The notes under the pieces: generated by a model | What the model was told of the DNA's origin: nothing | Databases searched by the model: none | The model's input: the letters and a program-made list of their open reading frames with translations, nothing else | NCBI GenBank assembly: GCA_013360195.1 | Contig: JABWCQ010000004.1 | Span: 43,836 to 107,835, forward strand | Direction: 5' to 3' | Length of the DNA stretch: 64,000 nucleotides | From: a bacterium | Lineage (GTDB): Bacteria; Electryoneota; RPQS01 | Shown here: piece after piece, positions 30,769 to 38,630 of the stretch | Layout: each line of letters opens with the position of its first letter | Position numbering within the stretch: the first letter of the stretch is position 1 | Program-made: the position numbers and the translations under genes

Positions 30769-32262
30769 ATGATCAGGACCTCACAACACACTGCAACTCG
30801 CCGGGATGGCGGATATGTCCTCGTGGCCATGATGGCGCTGGTAGCGTCCCTCTTGGGCACCGGTATTGCCTTTATGCAATGGGCAACCGATGAAGCAGTT
30901 CAGGGTCAGCATGCGCACGCGCGTATGCAAGCATATTATGTCGCGCAAGCCGGAGTCATCGAACAAGGCTTGACGTGGCTGAACCAGCAGCAGGCGGGAC
31001 TTCTACCGCGTACGGAAACACGATTGGGTGACGGGGTAATACCCGGTGTCGGACGATACAAGGATGTTCGCGTCTCTCCTGTGTTCGGTTCGGTTGACGA
31101 CAATTCGAACTTCAGTTTCGATGAGAAATTCCGTATTCAGGCTTACGGTATCGTGGATTCGCCGTGGGAAGAGCGGGATGCGAAGAGGGATACGGTCAAG
31201 GCCGTCTTGTATGTTCAGGTGCGCAGCTTTGTGGACTATCTGTATCTGACCAACTACGAGACTTCGGCCACCTTCCCGGGTGACGTCGTTCGATTCTTCG
31301 GCCGTGATACTCTTTGGGGGAGAGTGCATTCCAACGATTGGATTACAACCCAAAACGTCGGCGGATTACCGGTGGCGTTTGACATCGTATCCACGACCAA
31401 ACCGAGTTTCCGCGCCGGTTCTCCCAATCCCGCGTTCGATTTCCGCGGCGGACCTCCAAGATTCAATGCTCCGCAGGTTCGCATGCCCGAATTGGCCGAG
31501 TCGATTCGCAATAATGCAGATTACTATTTGTCGGCAACCGGCGAAGAGTGGTACTGTTCAATTAATGGCGGTCACGCCAGGTTTTATCATTGGCCGATCG
31601 GTACCGAGCTTGATACGTTGGACGCGCCCTTTGTGGAAGTCAATTGTTCGCCAAGTGCCTGCGTCTTTGTGGACGGCAAGCTTGACATGCGCGGAGTCAT
31701 GAATGCCACTGGCTGCAAGTTAACGGTCGGCTGTTCACAGGATATTCGCCTGATTGACAACGTTATGCTGCAAGGGACGAACCCGATTTCCGGGCAGCTG
31801 CCTGCAAACGCGTTAGGTCCGAACGGCAGCATTATCGGCATCGTTTCTGAGCAGTGGATATATATTGCCAATACGTGGCAGAATGGCCGCGAAAATCAGG
31901 CTCAGGGTTCCGATATCGTGCTGACCGCCGCCATCGTATCACTCCGAGGCAGTTTTCAGCTTGAGCAGATGAACGACGTCAACGACCCCTATATCGGTCC
32001 GGCACCGGACGAACGGGGGGAAATTGTGATGACGGGTTCAATTACGCAGTGGCGCCGCGGCTATGTTCACCGCTCCAATCGCGGTGGCACCGGCTACAAC
32101 AAAGTTTACCATTATGACAGTCGCTTCCGTTACATGCGTCCGCCCTGTTTCCTCGGTGCGACGGATGACGACGGGCGAGTCCTCCTCAATATGGTTCAGT
32201 GGGGCCAAGCCTCAGAGGACCCGGTGGACGTGGCGGCAAACAGGCGACTCCGGTATAATTAG
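30769..32262 (+). CDS. PilX-like minor pilin with large C-terminal domain (DUF4900-like)
   Basis: RRDGG|YVLVAMMALVASLLG, QAYYVAQAGV (PilX N-terminal pattern), GRVHSND, GYNKVYHYDSRF...PPCF. Confidence 0.7.
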   Translation: MIRTSQHTATRRDGGYVLVAMMALVASLLGTGIAFMQWATDEAVQGQHAHARMQAYYVAQAGVIEQGLTWLNQQQAGLLPRTETRLGDGVIPGVGRYKDVRVSPVFGSVDDNSNFSFDEKFRIQAYGIVDSPWEERDAKRDTVKAVLYVQVRSFVDYLYLTNYETSATFPGDVVRFFGRDTLWGRVHSNDWITTQNVGGLPVAFDIVSTTKPSFRAGSPNPAFDFRGGPPRFNAPQVRMPELAESIRNNADYYLSATGEEWYCSINGGHARFYHWPIGTELDTLDAPFVEVNCSPSACVFVDGKLDMRGVMNATGCKLTVGCSQDIRLIDNVMLQGTNPISGQLPANALGPNGSIIGIVSEQWIYIANTWQNGRENQAQGSDIVLTAAIVSLRGSFQLEQMNDVNDPYIGPAPDERGEIVMTGSITQWRRGYVHRSNRGGTGYNKVYHYDSRFRYMRPPCFLGATDDDGRVLLNMVQWGQASEDPVDVAANRRLRYN

Positions 32263-32494
32263 GAGTTACCAGCCGTGAGGAGCGGCACGCAGTGTCCGAG
32301 CGACACGGCGGAGCGCGCATCATGGTGATCCGTTCCCTCAAAAAATCATGGATTGTGCCTGCAGGCCCGCGCGGCCTGCAGGCCAATCTGTTTCGTGCAG
32401 CGGCCCATCCTACCCTGAAAATGATCTGCCGCAGCTTCGCCCGACAACTTAGAGCAGAAACCCTCTTGATTTCCTCTCTCGCTTTGGAGATCCC

Positions 32495-33583
32495 GTGTTT
32501 GGATTAAAATCAAATGTTCGCGTGGGTCTGGATATCGGCTCACACGCGATCCAACTGGTCGTGACCGAAAAGCACCATGACAAGAGCCGTTTAATCGGCG
32601 CATGGTCGCGAGATATTTACAGTGCCGCCAATGAGCGCTATGATTTGGACGGCCCGAAGAAGGGCGCCATCGTACCGCTCGTTTTGGACATGTTCCGCGA
32701 AGCCGGCATCAAGCCGAATAGGGTCGCTCATTTAGGTTCCTGTCTTTCGGGACTGAATATGGCCACCAAGGAGATTCGCTCCTTGTCTATGCCGGATGAC
32801 GAAATGGCAAGCGCGCTGAATCAGGAAGGCCGCAAGCATCTGCCGCTCGATGGTTCAGAGCTATTGGTGGACTACCAGATTCTTGGGGACGACACCCGTG
32901 AAGCCGACAAGGTTCGGGTGCTGCTCGCAGTGACGACCAAGCGCACGTTGGACGCTCACCTTGACGTCTTACGCGAACTCGATTTGAAACCCGGCGTGGT
33001 GGATCTCGAACCTCTCGCGTGTGTCAATTCGTACATTGTGCGCAATGAGTTGCCCGACGACGGCGTGCTGTGCTTTCTGAATATCGGAGCGCGCCGCACG
33101 AATTTGGTGATTCTCGGACGCAAGGACATGTATTTCAGCCGTGATCTTCCGGTGGCGGGTTGGAGTTTCACCGAAGACATCATGAACAAGCTGAATTGCA
33201 CCTTCGCGGAAGCTGAGGAAATCAAGAAGCGTCAAGGACTGACCGCGAAAGACTTGAAGCCGATGGCTTCAGGCGGAGCGGAAACTCTGGCATCCAGTCT
33301 TGCGCTGTCTGACAAGTCGCCTTTGGACAAGCTGTACGACGAAATCAATCGTTCGATTCGCTATTATGTGAAAGAAACCGGCCAGAGCGGTATCATGAAG
33401 TTTGTGTTGTTCGGCGGCACGGCCACGTCTCAGGAGTTGTGCGACTTTTTGGCCAACCGCTTCAGCGTTCCGGTTGAAGCCTACGATCCGTTTCGCGTTC
33501 TCGAGGGTCATGCTGATGTCAGCAACCACCCGCAATTTTCAACAGCAGTTGGCTTGGCGCTGCGCGCGCAGGCGATATACTAA
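32495..33583 (+). CDS. pilM: Type IV pilus assembly protein PilM (actin-like)
   Basis: VGLDIGSHAI, VDYQIL, LNIGARRT, EINRSIRYY, LFGGTA, AVGLALR. Confidence 0.9.
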   Translation: MFGLKSNVRVGLDIGSHAIQLVVTEKHHDKSRLIGAWSRDIYSAANERYDLDGPKKGAIVPLVLDMFREAGIKPNRVAHLGSCLSGLNMATKEIRSLSMPDDEMASALNQEGRKHLPLDGSELLVDYQILGDDTREADKVRVLLAVTTKRTLDAHLDVLRELDLKPGVVDLEPLACVNSYIVRNELPDDGVLCFLNIGARRTNLVILGRKDMYFSRDLPVAGWSFTEDIMNKLNCTFAEAEEIKKRQGLTAKDLKPMASGGAETLASSLALSDKSPLDKLYDEINRSIRYYVKETGQSGIMKFVLFGGTATSQELCDFLANRFSVPVEAYDPFRVLEGHADVSNHPQFSTAVGLALRAQAIY

Positions 33584-33614
33584 ACACCGGCCGCAAGGCA
33601 ATTGACCAAGAGCA

Positions 33615-34247
33615 ATGGTAAGATTATTTACAATCAATTTGAACAAGGGCGAAGGGGAAATCGTCCTTCGTCAACGCAAGCAGGAGCGCCGCAGTTTCTT
33701 GCTTCTGTTCCTGATGGGTCTGGTGTTCGCCGTACTCGGCGGAGTGACATGGGCTCAGAATGAAGCGTTGGACGACGTAATAAAATCCCGCCGCGACAAG
33801 CTGGATCGCATCAAATACGAGCTTGACAGCTTGAAGCGGGAAGGCACGAACGTGTCCAAGGACGACGTGATGGCGCTTGCGAATTTGGAGACGGAACGCT
33901 TTTTATGGGCGCGCCGCCTCGAGGTTCTGGCGGATGTGCTGCCTCCCGGCATGTCGGTCACGGGTCTGGAGCTGAATAACAACCGTTTCTACCTGCATTG
34001 CATCGCGAAGGTGGATTCTTCACAGAAGGAGTTCGACATCATTTCGAGCTTTGTTGATCTGCTGAAGACGACTCCTGACTTCCGTCAAGGCATGTATGAA
34101 ATCAAGTTCGACAAGTCGCTGCGCAAGGTGGTCGAGGATCAGGATGCGCTGATGTTCTCGGTCGAGTGCATAACTCGTGATCCGGACCGCGGCAAGAAGA
34201 AGAAAGCGGCAGCCGGGCCGTCGAAGACAATCGTACAAGGCTCGTAA
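33615..34247 (+). CDS. pilN: Type IV pilus assembly protein PilN
   Basis: N-terminal INL motif, TM helix, coiled coil, W...L..L...LPPGMSVT; follows pilM. Confidence 0.8.
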   Translation: MVRLFTINLNKGEGEIVLRQRKQERRSFLLLFLMGLVFAVLGGVTWAQNEALDDVIKSRRDKLDRIKYELDSLKREGTNVSKDDVMALANLETERFLWARRLEVLADVLPPGMSVTGLELNNNRFYLHCIAKVDSSQKEFDIISSFVDLLKTTPDFRQGMYEIKFDKSLRKVVEDQDALMFSVECITRDPDRGKKKKAAAGPSKTIVQGS

Positions 34248-34262
34248 GGGGAGATCAGACAA

Positions 34263-34817
34263 ATGAGAAAAGCAATCGCAGCACTTATTCTTCTGATCGT
34301 AGTCGCCGGCAGCTTCTACTACTATTTGAAGTTTGTTTACAAGCCGAAGCCGGGGATTGTCCGCGAGTTGGACGAGGAAATCCGGGTTGAGAACGAGAAG
34401 CTCATCGCGGCACAGATCATCGCCAACGAACTGCAGCAGGTGACACGCCTGATCGAAGGCAACCTTGCGCAGTCGCAGCGCGACTCGCTGGCCGAGGACG
34501 CGTCGCTGCCGTTCATGAATCAGGTTACGGACATTCTGCGCGCCTACAATATAGACCTGAAGTCGATAGAACCGGGGCGGCGCAGAAACTACAATACATA
34601 CATCGCGACTCCGTATAATCTGGAAGTGAATACGAGCTACAAGTCGCTGGTGAATTTCCTGAATGATGTCGAGAAGAGCAATCGGTTGGTTACGGTGGAC
34701 AAGTTCGAATTGTCCAGTCAGGTCAAGCAGGTTCAGGCCATGGCCAAGAACGGCTTGACGGACAAGCGGCCGATGATGATAGAATTGTCCACTTTGACTC
34801 TGATCAAGCAGAAATAA
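34263..34817 (+). CDS. pilO: Type IV pilus assembly protein PilO
   Basis: TM helix, coiled coil, SYKSLVNFLNDVEKSNRLVTV; follows pilN. Confidence 0.8.
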   Translation: MRKAIAALILLIVVAGSFYYYLKFVYKPKPGIVRELDEEIRVENEKLIAAQIIANELQQVTRLIEGNLAQSQRDSLAEDASLPFMNQVTDILRAYNIDLKSIEPGRRRNYNTYIATPYNLEVNTSYKSLVNFLNDVEKSNRLVTVDKFELSSQVKQVQAMAKNGLTDKRPMMIELSTLTLIKQK

Positions 34818-34838
34818 GCCTAAAAGGCCATACGAAAT

Positions 34839-35378
34839 ATGTCACAACGATTGAACGTTCTGTGGGGCATCCTGCTCACCTTGCTGGTGGTGACGATGGT
34901 CTGGATGGGCTGGCAGAACTACAAAATTTCCGAGCGGATTGAGGTCATGCGGAACAAGGCCATTGTTCTGGGTACCGACCAGCAGCTCGAAGAGACGGTT
35001 AACACGCTTGAAAAGGACCTGAACGATCGCATAGCCTACGTGACGAATGTCACGGTGGACCCGCTCGATTTGACTCGCACGATTCAGAGCAAGTCGTTTC
35101 TTGCAAGTCTTGGCTTGCGCGAGACACTCGAGCAGCGCGGACGGATGCGACTCTCGTGTACGGTGATGGGCGAAAATCCATCGGGCATCGTGAAGTTTAT
35201 GGGCAAGAGTCACGTGCTTCGCATCGGTGATGAGCTGAACGGCTTCCGTGTGGCGGCTATCGGACCGGCGGAAATGGTTCTGACAAAGGGCGGTTCGCGT
35301 TTGGTGCTGGTCAACGAGTCGGCGCCGGAAGGCGAGTTTACCGAAGGCAACACTTCCGTCGGCGGATCGAACTTTTAG
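34839..35378 (+). CDS. PilP/GspC-position protein (TM-anchored)
   Basis: TM helix, DPL motif, C-terminal beta domain VLRIGDELNGFRVAAI...MVL; lies between pilO and secretin. Confidence 0.55.
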   Translation: MSQRLNVLWGILLTLLVVTMVWMGWQNYKISERIEVMRNKAIVLGTDQQLEETVNTLEKDLNDRIAYVTNVTVDPLDLTRTIQSKSFLASLGLRETLEQRGRMRLSCTVMGENPSGIVKFMGKSHVLRIGDELNGFRVAAIGPAEMVLTKGGSRLVLVNESAPEGEFTEGNTSVGGSNF

Positions 35379-35446
35379 GCCGCATAGACGCGTATCATTA
35401 TCAATTTGAAATTAGCAAATTTTAGCCGAGATAAAGGAATAGGCTT

Positions 35447-36871
35447 TTGAAACTGGCAACGCTTCTCCGTAATTCTCACGGGCGGACCATCGGTTCGTTC
35501 GCTTGGCGCGGCGGGCTCTTGATAGCCGCGCTGGTCTGGACGTTGATTGCCCAGACCCCCGTCAGAGCGCAAGGCGATGACGCACTGCAGAAGTTGGTGA
35601 CGATTGACGCCGACGATGCATTTCTGCCGTCAGTGCTCTCCATTCTTGCAGCCGAGAGCGGTTTTAACATCGTCACCGGTCCGCAAGTGAATCAGGAAGA
35701 GAGAATCTCGATCCACTTGAAAGACACTCCCATCGAGCAGGCCATGAACCTCGTGGTCCGCGCGGCGGGGTTGTCCTATGAAATTGTGGGCAAGTCTTTC
35801 CTCGTTGCACCTGAGAAGCAATTGGAGAAGCAGGTGGGATTGAATTCCTACGTGATAGATCTTCAGTACACCGACGCTCCGACGGTGGCCAAGATGCTTG
35901 CCAATATGCAGGCAGGAATCACTATTGACTCGACAGGCAACAAGCTGCTTGTTGTGACCAGCCCGAAAGTGCTGGCGGACATCCAGCGAGTCATTCAGGA
36001 AGTTGACGTTCCGCCGCTGCAGATCATTCTGGAATGCCGGATGATTGAAGTGGCAGTTGAGAACGAGGAAGTTCTTGGATTGGACTGGAACAAGCTTTCG
36101 TCCGTCCAGACCGTTATCTCCGAGACTCCGGTGGATCAATATGGTAATCCGGTGAACTCGGAAGGCGCGGCGTCGCTGTCGGGTATTGACCCGTCCGTTC
36201 GCGGCCGACTTCCTACTCGGATGCCTTTCTTCCCGATGGAGACTCGCAGACTTGGTTACTGGTCGAAGCAGGCCACGGCATTTGAAGTTGCGCTTGACGC
36301 TTTGTTGCGCACCGGCCGTGCTGAAGTGCTTGCCAATACGTCGGTGGCTACATTGAACAACAAGGAAGCCGCCATTCAAGTTGTGGACGAGATTCCGTAC
36401 GTTGCCCGCTCAGGCGGTGTCGGCGGTCAGGTTCAGATCGATCAGGTGATTGTCGGCGCGCTTTTGCGCGTGACGCCCAAGATTAACTCGGACGGATATA
36501 TCACGACCAGCATTCAGCCTGAATTGTCGTCAATTTTCCAGTTCCTCGAATCCTCGGATACTCAGCTGCCGTGGGTAAAGCGCCGCACGTCTTCCACTAC
36601 GATTCGCATCAAGGATGGCGAGACGGTAATTATCGGCGGTCTGTTGGGAGTTGAAGCATCAAAGACGGAGCATCGCTTCCCGTTCCTTGGCGACATACCC
36701 TTCATCGGCAGTTTGTTCCGTCATAAATCCACTTCCACTCGCAAGACAGACTTGATTATTCAGGTCACTCCGCACATTATCGGAACGGGCTACGCCATCG
36801 ATCTGCCTGTGCGCGTGAAGGAAGTTCAGGACAAGTTCATGCCTCAGGAGAGTGGTGAAGGCAACGAGTAA
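35447..36871 (+). CDS. pilQ: Secretin (PilQ/GspD family), short form
   Basis: N0-like domain, N3 (NKLLV...PPLQIILECRMIEV), TLNNKEA, LRVTPKI, KDGETVIIGGL, PFLGDIPFIGSLFR, LIIQVTPHII. Confidence 0.88.
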   Translation: MKLATLLRNSHGRTIGSFAWRGGLLIAALVWTLIAQTPVRAQGDDALQKLVTIDADDAFLPSVLSILAAESGFNIVTGPQVNQEERISIHLKDTPIEQAMNLVVRAAGLSYEIVGKSFLVAPEKQLEKQVGLNSYVIDLQYTDAPTVAKMLANMQAGITIDSTGNKLLVVTSPKVLADIQRVIQEVDVPPLQIILECRMIEVAVENEEVLGLDWNKLSSVQTVISETPVDQYGNPVNSEGAASLSGIDPSVRGRLPTRMPFFPMETRRLGYWSKQATAFEVALDALLRTGRAEVLANTSVATLNNKEAAIQVVDEIPYVARSGGVGGQVQIDQVIVGALLRVTPKINSDGYITTSIQPELSSIFQFLESSDTQLPWVKRRTSSTTIRIKDGETVIIGGLLGVEASKTEHRFPFLGDIPFIGSLFRHKSTSTRKTDLIIQVTPHIIGTGYAIDLPVRVKEVQDKFMPQESGEGNE

Positions 36872-38528
36872 GCGCTCGCCGCGAGTGCAGGTCGCGGCAC
36901 TGAGTTGGCTTGGTCTGTTGATCTTTGGAATCGCATCTGGGTGGGCACAAGAGACAAGCCAGTCCAGCAATACTTCGCTGAAGTCGGACATTTTGAAACG
37001 GATGTCCGGCCAATCCGTATTGCCAACGGAGTTTGGTCAGGCCGTTTATGAAGGCGCTGTTGACAGAAACAGCTATCGCGTAGGGCCAGGCGACAAACTG
37101 ATTCTTCAGATTTGGAGTCCAACCTATGAGGAGACTCCTGCGGTTGTCTCCGGTGATGGCCGAGTGGCGGTTCCGTTTGCAGGACCGGTTGAGGTCACGG
37201 GAAAAACACTGGCAGAAGCCGAGGAATTGATCTCGGCGGAGTTCCAGTCAGCTCTTCGGCGTGGCCGCGTGTCCGTAACGCTCTTTGAACCTCGCAAGAC
37301 GAGGATCCACGTCACGGGCGCGGTGACGTTCCCAGGTACCTACCCGATGCCGGCAACGTCACGAGTAGCCGATGCGGTTGATTTCGCCGGCGGCTTGAAG
37401 TCGGTGTTGGAGTTCAGGGCCGGAGATTCGGTGATGGTACCGATGGCATCCATGCGCAGAATCGAAATGCGGAATGGTCAAACGGGCGCAGTTAGCGTCG
37501 TGGACCTTCAGCGATTCTTTCAGGGAGGAGACATCACCGGTAATCCATACATCTTGGACGGCGCTGTGATATTCGTACCTCCGGCGCAAAGCGGGGTTCA
37601 AGTCGGGATTTTTGGTGAAGTCCGTAATCCGGGATTGTATGAGCACGCGCAAGGTGACAATGTAGAAACTCTGCTTGCTTTGGGCGGAGGCCTAACGGAG
37701 CTTGCAGACTCATCGATGCTCAGCATAGAACGCGGCAACGGTGAAGTTGAATCTTTGAATTTTTCGGCGTCTTCGCTTGCGATGCCTGTGCACGTCGGTG
37801 ACCGGGTGTATGTCGGCGGCAAACCTCGCTCTAACATAACGGGTTCGGTCACGATCAGCGGACAAGTCAGTCATCCCGGCGGTTATACAATTGTCCCGGG
37901 AAAAACGACGGTAGCCGAGTTGCTGAACAAGTGCGGGGGACTTTTGGAGGATGCCGCATCGCAGTCTGCCAGGCTGATTCGAAAGTCCGATGACCGGGTT
38001 GTCAATGAACGCAGAAGAGTGGCGGCCAATCCGCTCAAGACGATGGTGAAGGACGATCCGATTATGCTTGCCGACCTTGAAATGTCGGCGGAGTTTTCGC
38101 GGTGGGATTACGGCACAGTTGTCCTTGATTTATCTGCGAGTGAAGGTGAATCCGGGTTTTCCGGGAATGTGGTTCTCCAGGACGGCGATCATTTGGAAGT
38201 GCCGTCTCAGCCCCTGGGGGTCCGGGTGCTTGGTTATGTGAACAATGCCGGAGAGGTGCCTTGGCAAGAAGGCGCGACATTGAATCATTACATTGCACAG
38301 GCGGGCGGCAAGAACAGCGCGGGCTGGAAGGGGCGAACTGTGGTCTTGAAGGCGAGAAACGGTTCTCAACTTAGATACACGAGAAAATTATCAATTGACC
38401 CGGGCGACGTGCTGTTTGTTCCCCAGCGGCCGCGAACAACGGGATGGGAGCGCATCAAGGATGTTATTCAAGTGGCCGCGCAGGCCGCAACGATTGTCTT
38501 GGTGTTGGACACCGCAACAAAGAAATAG
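36852..38528 (+). CDS. Polysaccharide export (Wza/KpsD-like OPX) protein with SLBB repeats
   Basis: Signal peptide; YRVGPGD...DGRVAVPFAGPVEVTGKTL (Poly_export); repeated V.G.V..PG.Y and GG SLBB units; C-terminal amphipathic helix. Confidence 0.82.
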   Translation: MVKATSKRSPRVQVAALSWLGLLIFGIASGWAQETSQSSNTSLKSDILKRMSGQSVLPTEFGQAVYEGAVDRNSYRVGPGDKLILQIWSPTYEETPAVVSGDGRVAVPFAGPVEVTGKTLAEAEELISAEFQSALRRGRVSVTLFEPRKTRIHVTGAVTFPGTYPMPATSRVADAVDFAGGLKSVLEFRAGDSVMVPMASMRRIEMRNGQTGAVSVVDLQRFFQGGDITGNPYILDGAVIFVPPAQSGVQVGIFGEVRNPGLYEHAQGDNVETLLALGGGLTELADSSMLSIERGNGEVESLNFSASSLAMPVHVGDRVYVGGKPRSNITGSVTISGQVSHPGGYTIVPGKTTVAELLNKCGGLLEDAASQSARLIRKSDDRVVNERRRVAANPLKTMVKDDPIMLADLEMSAEFSRWDYGTVVLDLSASEGESGFSGNVVLQDGDHLEVPSQPLGVRVLGYVNNAGEVPWQEGATLNHYIAQAGGKNSAGWKGRTVVLKARNGSQLRYTRKLSIDPGDVLFVPQRPRTTGWERIKDVIQVAAQAATIVLVLDTATKK

Positions 38529-38630
38529 AACAATAACCTCAGGGTCGGGACAGGGATCAATCGGAGATTTTCGTGAAGGAAGTTTCCGGTCGGTTTCCCA
38601 AACCAAACAGAAAAGGACCTGGAGGGACTT

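Noticed and set aside
30570..30893. 107-aa ORF across the pilW-pilX spacer, and 32292-32507 in the next spacer
   Set aside because: No RBS or recognisable features, and each overlaps a real gene; the spacers are better explained by RNA structure
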